This document shows, piece after piece, positions 12,505 through 23,812 of a DNA stretch of 64,000 nucleotides. Source of the stretch: Centroscyllium fabricii (lineage: Eukaryota); assembly GCA_051313645.2 (NCBI GenBank), contig JBNRSN020000002.1, positions 396,552,001 to 396,616,000 on the forward strand. Reading direction: 5' to 3'. Made by a program: the position numbers and the translations under genes. The notes under the pieces were generated by a model. It ran no database searches. It saw only the letters and a program-made list of their open reading frames with translations, and was not told the origin of the DNA. How positions within the stretch are numbered: the stretch's first letter is position 1; every line of letters begins with the position of its first letter.

Positions 12505-12712
12505 AGCTTCAGTTAAATGGCCAAAGGCAAGGCTACCTAACACACAGAATGGAAGGGCCCACATTTGATCCCCGGTCTCTGCGGAATTATCTGACCTCCG
12601 CCAGGGGCAGCAGTTTGGTTGCTTTAATTGGGCTCAACACACCTAGGTTAGGGAAGAAGAAAAATTAACTGGGGTTCCCACTCCTAATTGCTGTAGAGTA
12701 ACACCAACTAGG
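12505..12712 (+). mobile_element. AmnSINE2-like remnant immediately after the exon 3 donor
   Basis: ttgatccccggtctctgcggaattatctgacc...ctaggttagggaaga...ggttcccactcct resembles recalled AmnSINE2. Confidence 0.5.
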
Positions 12713-12840
12713 AGGTTTAAGAACCTAAATAGGAGCAGGAGTCGGCCATTTGGCCCTTCGAGCCTGCTCAACCATTCAATAAGATCATGGCTGATCTTCT
12801 ATCCCCATATCCCTTGATTCACTTAATATTCCCTTAATAA

Positions 12841-13240
12841 GGGCGGCACGGTGGCACAGTGGTTAGCATTGTTGCCTCACAGCTCTGGAGACCCGGGTTC
12901 AAATCCAGCCTTGGGTACTATCTGTGTGGAGTTTGCACATTCTCCCCGTGTCTGCGTGGGTTTCCTCCGGGTGCTCCGGTTTCCTCCCACAGTCCAAAGA
13001 TGTGCGGGTTAGGTTGATTGGCCATGATAAATTGACCCTTAGTGTTAGGGTGATTAAATATGTGGGATTATGGGGATAGCGTGGGATGTGTCAGTGCAGC
13101 CTCGATAGGGATCGAGGGATATGGGGACAAGGCAGGGACGGGGTGCTGGGTTTGGATGATCAGCCATGATCTCATTGAATGGCGGAGCAGGCTCGAAGGG
13201 CCGAATGGCCTACTCCTGCTCCTATCTTCTATGTTTCTAT
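12841..13240 (+). mobile_element. V-SINE, long-tail form
   Basis: tRNA head, V-domain, CR1 tail ending ttctatgtttctat. Confidence 0.92.
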
Positions 13241-13823
13241 TCAAAAATCTATCGATCTCTGTCTTGAATATACTCGACGACTGAGCCACCACAGCCCTCT
13301 GGGGTATAAAATTCCAAAGATTCAACACCCTCTGAGTGAAGAAATTTCTCCTCATCGCAGTCCTAAATGGCCGACCCCTTATTCTGAGTCTGTGACCCCG
13401 GTTCTAGACTCCACAGCCAGGCGAAACATCCTCCCTGCATTTACCCTGTCAAGCTCTAAGAATTTTGTATATTTCCATGGGATTACGTCTCATTCTTCTA
13501 AATGCTAGAGAATATAGGCCTAGTCTACTCGGGCCTAGTCTACTCAATCTGATCATAGGACAATTCCCCCCCATCCCAGGAACCAGTCTGGTGAACCTTT
13601 AGAAACATAGAAACATAGAAAATAGGTGCAGGAGTAGACCATTCGGTCCCTCGAGCCTGCACCGCCATTCAATGCGTTCATGGCTGAACATAAGAACACA
13701 AGAAATAGGAGCAGGAGTAGGCCAATCGGCCCCCCGAGCCCGCCCCGCCACCCAACAAGATCATGGCTGATCCTACCCTAACCTTCATACCACTATCACC
13801 CTTCCTCCCACCCAAAGAACCAT

Positions 13824-13941
13824 GTGATCTCCTGGGAGAGGCGAAAAACCGGATAAAAACCCAGGTCCAATTTGGGGAAAAAATCCGGGAAATTCCTCTC
13901 CGACCCCAATCTAGGTGATCGAAACTTGTCCAGGAGATCAC
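13824..13941 (-). ncRNA. Structured cis-RNA element in the CR1 3' UTR, double-ENE-like fold
   Basis: 12-bp closing stem GUGAUCUCCUGG/CCAGGAGAUCAC; arm GAGAGG-AAUUUC-CCGGAU-UUUUU-CCC...GGG-UUUUU-AUCCGG-UUUUUCG-CCUCUC; function inferred. Confidence 0.6.
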
Positions 13942-14359
13942 TCAGGTCTTACTATACTAACAATAGCTCAGGTCCACTTCCCTGCCCGCTCCCCATAACC
14001 CTTAATTCCCTTGTCTGCTAAAAAACAGTCTATTTCCGTTTTAAATTTATTTAATGTTCCCGCTTCCACAGCTCCCTGAGGCAGCGAATTCCATAGATTA
14101 ACCACCCTCTGAGTGAAGAAGTTTCTCCTCATCTCAGTTTTAAAAGAGCCCCTCCTTATTCTAAGACTATGCCCCCTAGTTCTGGTCTCCCCGATCATTG
14201 GAAACATCTTTAGCGCATCCACCCGATCAAGGCCCCTCACGATCTTATACGTTTCAATAAGATCGCCTCTCATTCATAGAATCATAGAAACTTTACAGTG
14301 CGGATAAAGGCCATTCGGCCCATCCAGTCCGCACCGGCCCAGGAAACTCCTCACTATAC

Positions 14360-17238
14360 TAACCCCATTTGCCCGCACCTGGCCCATAACCCTGTATGTT
14401 ACGGTCCTTCATGTGCTGGTCCAAATATTTTTTAAATGTTGCGATGGTTTCTGCCTCCACCACCCTTACAGGCAGGGAGTTCCACACTTCCACCACCCTC
14501 TGAGTAAAGAAATTTCTCCTTACCTCCCCCCCTAAACCTCCCCCCCCTAATCTTGAATCTATGTCCCCTAGTACTTGACTCTCCCACCAAGGGAAACAAT
14601 GCCCCTTTATCCACCCTATCGTGTCCTCTCATGATCCTGTACACCTCAATCATGTCACCCCTCAATCTTCTCTTCTCCAAGGCAAACAACCCCAGCCTGT
14701 CCAGCCTTTCCTCGTAGCATAAGTCCCCCAGACCAGGTATCATCCTGGTAAACCTTCTCTGCACCCTCTCCAGGGCAACCACATCCTTCCTGAAGTGCGG
14801 TGACCAGAACTGCACACAGTACTCCAGCTGAGGTCTCACCAGCGTGTTATACAAGTTTAACATTACCTCCCTACTTTTGTATACTATGCCCTGGTTAATA
14901 AAGGCCAGAATTCCGTATGCCTTCTTAACCACCTTGTTTACGTGTCCAGCAACCTTCAGGGAGCTGTGCACCTGTACCCCAAGGTCCCTCTGTTCCTCGG
15001 TCCTACCTAACGTTTTTTTGTTCATGGTATATTCCCTTACCCCATTTGGTCTGCCGAATTGTATGAACTCGCATTTCTCTGGGTTGAACTCCATTTGCCA
15101 TTTTTCTGCCCAACTAACCATTACATTTATATCTTCCTGGAGCCTTTTACTATCTTCATCGTTATTTACCACCCTTCCAATTTTCGTATCATCAGCAAAT
15201 TTGCTGATCGTACCCCCTACTCCCATGTCCAAATCATTGATGTATACTAGAAACAGTAAGGGTCCCAAAACCGATCCTTCGGGGACACCGCTGGTTACTG
15301 GTTTCCAGTCCCAGAAGCAGCCCTCTACCATTACCCTTTGTCTCCTATCCCCCAGCCAATTTTGAATCCACTGTACCAAGTTGCCCTGTATCCCATGTGC
15401 TTTAACCTTTGTTATTAGTCTCCTATGTGGGACTTTATCAAAAGCCTTGCTGAAGTCCATATACACCACGTCAACCGTACTCCCTTCATCCACCCTCTTT
15501 GTTACCTCTTCAAAAAATTCCAAGAGATTAGTTAGGCACGACTTACCTTTGACGAAGCCATGTTGACTATCCCTTATCAGACCCTGCTTTTCCAAATGCA
15601 GACTGATTTTGTCCCTCAGAATTTTTTCCATTACTTTCCCCACTACAGATGTAAGACTGATTGGCCTATAGTTACCCGGTTTGTCCCTACTACCCTTTTT
15701 AAACAGGGGTACTACATTAGCCGTTCTCCAGTCCTCGGGTACATCCCCTGACGCGAGAGAGGACCTGAAAATTTGAGACAGGGGGCCCGCAAGCTCTTCC
15801 CTGGCCTCGAACAGCAGCCTGGGGAACATCGCGTCCGGCCCTGGTGATTTGTCTACCTTTAAGCTTCCCAAGATTTCTAGTACTTCTTCCCTTGTAATGG
15901 TAATATCCTCAATTACCCCCCCTACACTCTGTCCGATTACGATGTCGGTTCCGTCCCTCTCTCTTGTGAATACTGAAGAGAAAAATTCGTTTAGTACCTC
16001 CCCCACCGCCTCGGGCTCAACGCACAGCTTTCCGCTATGGTCCTTAATGGGCCCCACTCTTTCCCTCGTGATCCTTTTGTTTTTTATATAACTGTAAAAT
16101 GCCTTAGGGTTATCCTTGATTTTGCCGGCCATTGCAATCTCATGACCCCTCTTGGCTTTTCTTATCTCCTTCTTTAATTCCCCCCTATACTTCTTATACT
16201 CCCCTAGCGCCTCCTCGGTTTTTAGCCGTTTATATTCATTGAAGGCCCCCCTTTTTTTCTTCATTAATTTACATATATCCCTAGACATCCAAGATTCCCT
16301 TTGTTTACCTCCCCCGCCCTTGATTTTAGCAGGAACATGTTCCTCCTGTATCTTCCCGACCTTCCCTCTGAAGGCCTCCCACTGCTCTGATGCAGATCTT
16401 CCTCTGAGAAGATGGCCCCAGTCTACTGCGGCTACATCGCGCCTAATTTTAATGAAATCCGCCTTCCCCCAGTTTAGTACTTTTACCCCTGGTCCATTTT
16501 TATCCTTCTCCATTACAATCTTGAAACTAACTGAATTGTGGTCGCTATCCCCGAAGTGCTCCCCCACTGTTACCTCCTCTATCTGCCCGTCTTCGTTCCC
16601 AAGTATTAGGTCTAGTACCGCCCCCCCCCTTGTAGGTGACCCAACATATTGCTTCAAAAAACTCTCTTGGCTGCATTTTAAGAATGCTGAACCTTCCGTG
16701 CCCCTCACACTCTGACAATCCCAGTTGATGTTGGGGAAATTAAAGTCCCCTAATATTATTACTTTGTTATTTTCGCTTATCTTCGTGATTTGCTCACATA
16801 TCATTCCCTCCATCTCCCCTTTACTGTTTGGTGGTCTATAATATACTCCCAGTAAGGTGCCCCCCCCCCCTTTTTATTTTTTACCTCCACCCATAGTGCC
16901 TCGTTTGAGGAATCATCCATTAGGTCGACCCGCCTGATGGCTGTGATTGAATCCTTAATCAGTATCGCTACCCCCCCTCCCCTTTTTCCCTCGTCTCTGT
17001 CCCGCCTGAAAATTCTATACCCCGGAATGTTTAGCTGCCATTCCTGCCCCTCCTTCAGCCACGTCTCCGTGATAGCTACTATATCATAATCCCATGCGTC
17101 AACCAATACCTTTAACTCATCCACCTTGTTAGTCAGACTCCTTGCGTTAAAATATATACCTTTCATTCTCTGACCTAATACTACCTTGTTTTGCTGTGTA
17201 GTCTGCTTACCTTTATTAGGTTGTATTCCCCTACCCAT
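14360..17238 (-). pseudogene. CR1 ORF2 (APE endonuclease plus RT), frameshifted at two G runs
   Basis: YFNARSL, AITETWL, GDFN, SDH, DFSKAFDKVPH, GVPEGSVLGP, KFADD; frame breaks near 16860-16870 and ~14525. Confidence 0.88.
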
Positions 17239-17273
17239 TATGCCTTCACTCTGGGTCCCCTCCCCCTGCCAAT

Positions 17274-18227
17274 TTAGTTTAAACCCACCCCAACCCGACT
17301 ATCAAACCTTCCCGCAAGGATATTGGTCCCGTTCAGGTGCAACCCGTCCGGCATGTACAGGTTCCACTTACCCCAGAAGCAAGACCAATTGTCCAAAAAG
17401 CTGAAACCCTCCTTCCTACACCAACTTCTTAGCCACGAATTAAGCTGCTCTATCTTACGGTTCCTATACTCACTAGCTCGTGGCACTGGGAGTAATCCAG
17501 AGATTACAACCTTTGGGGTCCTGCTTTTTAGCTTTTTACCCAGCTCCCTAAATTCTCTTTGCAGGACCTCGTCCCCCTTTTTTCCTATGTCGTTGGTGCC
17601 AATGTGGACCACAACTTCTACCTGGTTCCCCTCCCCCCTCAAGATGTCCTGCAGCCGATCCGTGACATCCCGGACCCTGGCACCAGGGAGGCAAGTAACC
17701 ATCCTGGTGTCACGTCTGCGGCCGCAGAACCGCCTCTCTGTGCCCCTTACGATTGAATCCCCTATTACTACTGCTGGCACACTGGTTTCCCTCCCATTCT
17801 GGGCAGCCCCAGCACCCCTAGTGCCAGGAAGTAGGCTGCTGCTGCCCTCCCCTGGTAGGTCCTCCCCCTCCGCAGTATCCAAAACGGTATAACTGCTGGA
17901 CAGGGGGACGGCCACAGGGGTTCCCTGCACTTCCTTCCTCACTCTGGCACTCCTCTTGGTGGTCACCCCATTTCCTTCTATCTGGTCTACTCTAGTCTTT
18001 GGTGTGACCACCCTCTCAAACGTGCTGTCCACGACCTGCTCATCGTTGTCTACGCCCCATAATGCTTCCATCCGCAGTTCCAGCGCCGTCATGCGGCCGG
18101 CTAAGATCTGTAGATGGATGCATTTCCTGCATACGTGTACCTCAGGGGCCCCATCCGGGCCCCTGAATTCCCACATATTACAGGTGGAGCATATGACTGC
18201 GATGGCCTGCACTGCCATTTCTCCCAT
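17274..18227 (-). CDS. CR1 ORF1 protein: zinc finger, coiled coil, SGNH esterase domain
   Basis: CSTC...CRKC; VVIGDSIVRG, PGA, HIGTND, DGLHL blocks; intact 317 aa. Confidence 0.9.
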   Translation of the reverse strand: MGEMAVQAIAVICSTCNMWEFRGPDGAPEVHVCRKCIHLQILAGRMTALELRMEALWGVDNDEQVVDSTFERVVTPKTRVDQIEGNGVTTKRSARVRKEVQGTPVAVPLSSSYTVLDTAEGEDLPGEGSSSLLPGTRGAGAAQNGRETSVPAVVIGDSIVRGTERRFCGRRRDTRMVTCLPGARVRDVTDRLQDILRGEGNQVEVVVHIGTNDIGKKGDEVLQREFRELGKKLKSRTPKVVISGLLPVPRASEYRNRKIEQLNSWLRSWCRKEGFSFLDNWSCFWGKWNLYMPDGLHLNGTNILAGRFDSRVGVGLN

Positions 18228-18575
18228 TTTATATCTTAAATCCCTTGTTCTAGTAGCCTTAATCTACTCTGACTTTAGACCGGTCTATAAAGTACCCTTC
18301 GTTTCCTTTTTAGATTTACTGAATCCCACTACTTTTAGTAGTTTTGGAAAAGTTTGAGGAAAGTACTCACCAGTCCCTTGCCTCCTGTTGTGAAGGTTTT
18401 TCTCTGTCCTGGAACCCTTTCCACCTAGGTTGGGCTCCTGAAAATAAAATACTTTGAACTTACCTTTTTTTTTAAATCGCTCTAACCCCCTAAGGTTAGA
18501 GGAGGATGGAAGGGTGGGAAACACTACCACGTAGTGTTTCGGGTTTAGCACACAGCTCCCCTTTTATACTGCAAA

Positions 18576-19752
18576 GAAAGTCCCACGAGACTTGCAGAGA
18601 CTTGTCCCGCCCCCCGCTCCTCTGCTGACGGCTTTTTAAAAAAGCCCGCGCTGGCTCAGCCCTCCTGGCTCCGTTTCCCTGAAAGCAACGCAGCTCCCCT
18701 GGAAGGAAAGGAAAGGAATTTACCTGTCCTTCTCTCCTGGCTCAGCTCCCCTGAAGCAGCGTTAGCTCAGCTCCCCTGGAAGGAAAGTTTCTTTGAACTT
18801 ACCGTTTCTCAGCACACAGAAAGTCCCACGAGACTTGCAGAGACTTGTCCCGCCCCCCGCTCCTCTGCTGACGGCTTTTTAAAAAAGCCCGCGCTGGCTC
18901 AGCCCTCCTGGCTCCGTTTCCCTGAAAGCAACGCAGCTCCCCTGGAAGGAAAGGAAAGGAATTTACCTGTCCTTCTCTCCTGGCTCAGCTCCCCTGAAGC
19001 AGCGTTAGCTCAGCTCCCCTGGAAGGAAAGTTTCTTTGAACTTACCGTTTCTCAGCACACAGAAAGTCCCACGAGACTTGCAGAGACTTGTCCCGCCCCC
19101 CGCTCCTCTGCTGACGGCTTTTTAAAAAAGCCCGCGCTGGCTCAGCCCTCCTGGCTCCGTTTCCCTGAAAGCAACGCAGCTCCCCTGGAAGGAAAGGAAA
19201 GGAATTTACCTGTCCTTCTCTCCTGGCTCAGCTCCCCTGAAGCAGCGTTAGCTCAGCTCCCCTGGAAGGAAAGTTTCTTTGAACTTACCGTTTCTCAGCA
19301 CACAGAAAGTCCCACGAGACTTGCAGAGACTTGTCCCGCCCCCCGCTCCTCTGCTGACGGCTTTTTAAAAAAGCCCGCGCTGGCTCAGCCCTCCTGGCTC
19401 CGTTTCCCTGAAAGCAACGCAGCTCCCCTGGAAGGAAAGGAAAGGAATTTACCTGTCCTTCTCTCCTGGCTCAGCTCCCCTGAAGCAGCGTTAGCTCAGC
19501 TCCCCTGGAAGGAAAGTTTCTTTGAACTTACCGTTTCTCAGCACACAGAAAGTCCCACGAGACTTGCAGAGACTTGTCCCGCCCCCCGCTCCTCTGCTGA
19601 CGGCTTTTTAAAAAATCCCGCGCTGGCTCAGCCCTCCTGGCTCCGTTTCCCTGAAAGCAACGCAGCTCCCCTGGAAGGAAAGGAAAGGAATTTACCTGTC
19701 CTTCTCTCCTGGCTCAGCTCCCCTGAAGCAGCGTTAGCTCAGCTCCCCTGGA
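18576..19752 (-). repeat. 243-bp tandem monomer array, 4 full copies plus 1 partial, near identical
   Basis: TCCCACGAGAC at 18581, 18824, 19067, 19310, 19553. Confidence 0.97.
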
Positions 19753-22700
19753 CTCTAATGTTCTTCTGAACTCTAATGAGTAAAGTCCCAGCCTATTTAA
19801 CCTTTCCTCATATGTCAACCCCCTCATCCCTGGAATTAACCGTGTAAACCTTCTCTGCACTGCCTCCAGAGCAAGTACATCCTTTCTTAAGTATGGACAC
19901 CAAAACTGCACACAGTATTCCAAATGCGGTCTCACCAATACTGTGTACAGCTGCAGCAAAACCTCCCTGCTTTTATACTCTATCCCCCTAGCAATAAAGG
20001 CTAAGACTCCATTGGCCTTCCTAATCACTTGCTGCACCTGCATACTAACTTTTTGTGATTCATGCACTAATACCCCCAGGTCCCTTTGCGTTGTATTACC
20101 ACGCAGCTCCTCCCCATTTAGAAAATAACTTGCTCTATGATTTTTTTTCCCAAAATGTATAACTTCACATTTACCAGTATTAAATTTCATCTGCCAAATC
20201 GCTGCCCACTCACCTAGCTTATCTATGTCCTTTTGCAGGCTTTTTCTGTCCTCCTCACTCCCTGCTTTTCCTCCCATTTTTGTGTCATCTGCAAACTTTG
20301 ATATATTACACTTGGTCCCCTCCTCCAAATCATTTATATAGATTGTAAACAGCTGGGGTCCCAGCACCGACCCCTGCGGAACACCACTAGTCACCGATTG
20401 CCATCCCGAGTATGAACCATTTATCCCAACTCTCTGCTTCCTGTTTGAAAGCCAATCCTCTACCCATGCTAATATATTACCCCCAATCCCGTAATTTTTT
20501 ATTTTAAGCAATAGTCTCTTATGTGGCACCTTGTCAAAAGCCTTTTGGAAGTCCAAGTATACCACATCCACCAGTTCCCCTTTATCCACCCGAGATGTTA
20601 CATCCTCAAAGAATTCGAGCAAATTAGTCAAACATGACTTCCCCTTCGTAAAACCATGCTGACTCTGTCCGATTAAGTTATGTTTATCCAAATGCCCCGT
20701 CAGTGTTTCTTTAATAATGGTCTCCAACATTTTACCCACCACGGATGTTAGACTAACCGGTCTGTAGTTACCAGCCTTCTGTCTACTTCCCTTTTTAAAT
20801 ATAGGTGTTACATTAGCCATTTTCCAATCCACCGGGACCCTTCCTGACTCCAGGGAGTTTTGGAAAATTATCACCAATGCATCTACAATCCCCACCGCTA
20901 TTTCTCTCAAGACCCTAGGATGTAATCCATCAGGCCCAGGGGATTTATCCGCCTTAAGTCCCATTAATTTACCTAATACCATCTCCTTAGTGATCTTAAT
21001 AGTGCTTAGCTCCTCCATTCCTATAGCCCCCTGTTTATCCAGCGTTGGAATATTTTTAATGTCTTCTACAGTAAAGACTGATACAAAATATTCGTTTAAT
21101 GCTTTTGCCATCTCCATGTTCCCCACCAACAAATTCCCAGTCTCACCCTCCAATGGACCAACATTCGCCTTAGCCACCCTTTTTCTTTTTATATAACTAT
21201 AAAAACTCTTGCTATTAGTTTTTATATTTTTCGCTAATTTACTTTCATAATCTATTTTCCCCTTCTTAATTAACCTCTTTGTTATTTTTTGCTGACTTTT
21301 AAATGCTTCCCAATCTTCTGTCTTCCCACTGTATCTGGCTACCTTATATGCCCTTGCCTTTAGCCGAATACTATCCTTTATTACTTTACTTAGCCATGGT
21401 TGGCTGTCCTTTCCTTTACCCCTCTTTTTCTTCAGTGGAATGTATTTTTCTTGAAAGTTGTACACTAACTCCTTAAAAGTACACCACTGCTCATGTACCG
21501 TCTTATTCTTTAGTCTGTTATCCCAATCTACTTTAATCAATTCTGTTCTCATACCTTCATAATCTCCCTTGTTTAGACTAAGTACCCTGGTTTGAGTTTC
21601 AATTTGCTCCCCTTCTAATTGAATATGGAATTCAACCATATTATGGTCACTCATTCCAAGAGGGTCCCTAACTATGACATTTTTAATTAATCCTGCTTCA
21701 TTACACAGGACCAGATCCAAGATTGCCTCCCCCCTAGTCGGTTCAGTTACATACTGTTCTAAGAACCCATCCCTGATACACTCTATAAACTCTTCCTCTA
21801 GTCTACCCTGCCCAGTTTGATTTGCCCAGTTAATATGAAAGTTAAAGTCCCCCATGATTACAGCCGTTCCCTTATTACATGCTTCAACTATTTGCTGATT
21901 TATGTTCTGACCAACAGAGTCACAACTAACTCCCAGTCCTGATCACCCTCTGTGGCAAGTATATCCTTCCTTAGGTAAGGAGATCAAAATATACAATACT
22001 CCGGGTGTGGTCTCACCAGGCCCCATATATTGCAGTAAGACATCTTTACTCTTATAATCAAATCCTCTTGTAATAAAGGCCAACATACCATTTGCTTTCC
22101 TAATTGCTTGCTGTACCTGCATGTTAACTTTGTGATTTGTGTACAAGGACACCCAGGTCCCTCTGAATTCCAACATTTCCCAATCTCTTGCCATTTAAAA
22201 ATTACTCTGCTTTTCTATTTTTCCTACCAAAGTGGATAACTTCACATTCCTCCACATTATATTCCACTTGCCATGTTCTTGCCCACTCACCTTAGCCTGT
22301 CTGTATCCACTTGAAGCCTCCTTGCATCCTCCTCACAACTTACAATCTCACCCAGCTTTGTATCATCAGCAAACTTGGATATATTTGGTCCCCTCATCCA
22401 AACCATTGATATAGATTGTGAATAACTGAGGCCCAAGCACTGATCCTTGCGGTACCCCACTGGTTACAGCCTGACAACCCGAAAATGAGCCGTTTATTCC
22501 TACTCTCTGATTTCTGTCCGTTAACCAATCCTCAATCCATGCTAGTATATTACTCCCAATCCTATGAGCACTAATTTTGTTTAATAAGCTCTTGTGTGGC
22601 ACCTTATCGAATGTCTTCTGAAAATCCAAATCCAAATACACCACATCCACTGGTTCCCCCTTATCTATTCTGCTAGTTACAGCCTCAAAAAATTCAAACA

Positions 22701-23154
22701 GACTTGTCAAACCTGATTTTCCTTTCTTAATCTGTGTTGACTCTGCCCAATCCTATTATTATTTTCTAAGTGCCCTGTTACCACGTCCTTAATAATAGAT
22801 TCTAGCATTTTCCCTACTACTGATGTCCGGCTAACTAGTCTGTTGTTCCCTGTTTTCTTTCTCCTTTTTTAAATAGTGGGGTTGCATTTGCTACCTTCCA
22901 ATCTGTGGGAACCATTCTAGAATCTCTGGAATTTTGGAAGATGACAACCAATGCAGCCACTATCTCTATAGCCACCTCTTTCAAAACCCTAGCATGCAGG
23001 TCCAGGGGATTTGTCAGCTTTCAGTCCCATTAATTTCTCCAGTACTATTTTTTAACTAATACTAATTTCTTTCAGTTCCTCATTCTCGCTAGAGCCTTCG
23101 TTCTCCACTATTTCCAGAAGTTTTTTTACGTCGTCGTCCGTGAAGACAGACACA

Positions 23155-23812
23155 CAGGGCAGGATTTTCATTGGGCCGTGGAGGCAGGATTGGAGGTGTG
23201 TGGGGAGTTAAAATCCCGAAATCGGGGGGCACAAACCCATCCCGCCTCCATGCCAGTTTCAAAGGAGGCGGGTACCCGACCCGCACTGGGACCCACCTCC
23301 ACGAGGTGGGAAGGGGATTAGTGCCAATTAACTGCCTGTTAACAGGTAGTTTTTAGCCTAATCCCTATTTTCATTGGTGAAATGTGGGATTCCCGATGGC
23401 TCCAAACTACGCCAAGTTAGCGAGGCGGGCTGTCGGGATGAAGGACTTGGAGGGATCGAGATATCCGGTGTTCAGGTGTGATGGGAGCGTGAGTGCAGAG
23501 GTAAGTGTGTTTGGTGTGTGCAAAGTGTTTGAAGAAGTTCTACTAACCTTTACTTACCTTTACAGCCTTCCTTCCTTCAGGTCTCGGGAGTCCCTCATCT
23601 CACTGGCACAGAAAGCAGAATGGCCGCCAGCTGTCAAAAGTTCCAGCATTCAGCTTTCTGTTCTGGGGAGATCTCTAAATCATCCTGAGAGGAAGGAATT
23701 AACCTGGAGTACAGATTGTCAGTGTTTGACAGCTTCTGTCAAAAGGTCTTGACAGATGAAATATCAATCTATGATGTCACCTGTTGCCAGGTGGCCCTTA
23801 ATTAACCTGCTG
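23155..23812. mobile_element. GC-rich insertion in the old CR1, probably a non-autonomous DNA transposon fragment
   Basis: Abrupt loss of CR1 homology; begins GGGCAGGATTTTC; no matching right TIR seen. Confidence 0.4.

Larger units (their letters stand above)
14276..19752 (-). mobile_element. Near full-length CR1 LINE with tandem-monomer 5' end
   Basis: Monomers 18576-19752; ORF1 17274-18227; ORF2 ~17170-14360 with two homopolymer frameshifts; tail (TTCTATGA)n at 14276. Confidence 0.95.
13688..21928 (-). mobile_element. Young 5'-truncated CR1 (partial APE plus RT, open frame), split by another CR1; extended structured 3' UTR
   Basis: ORF 21855-19761 ([15 protein letters not shown]) joins 14275-13968 in frame (YSLEFRR|MRGDLIETY); 3' UTR 13967-13688. 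Confidence 0.92.

Noticed and set aside
12841-12915. tRNA gene candidates here and at other SINE heads (6540, 34030, 35100, 52960)
   Set aside because: The A and B boxes continue into SINE bodies and LINE-derived tails, so these are SINE heads.
18493-18505. AGGTTAGAGGAG resembling the flavivirus 3' UTR CS2 motif
   Set aside because: Only ~12 nt match, with no other viral features; it is explained as one arm of a local inverted repeat.
18576-19752. 243-bp array as a CRISPR array or free-standing satellite
   Set aside because: The units are identical with no spacers, the context is vertebrate, and the array is contiguous with the CR1 5' UTR.
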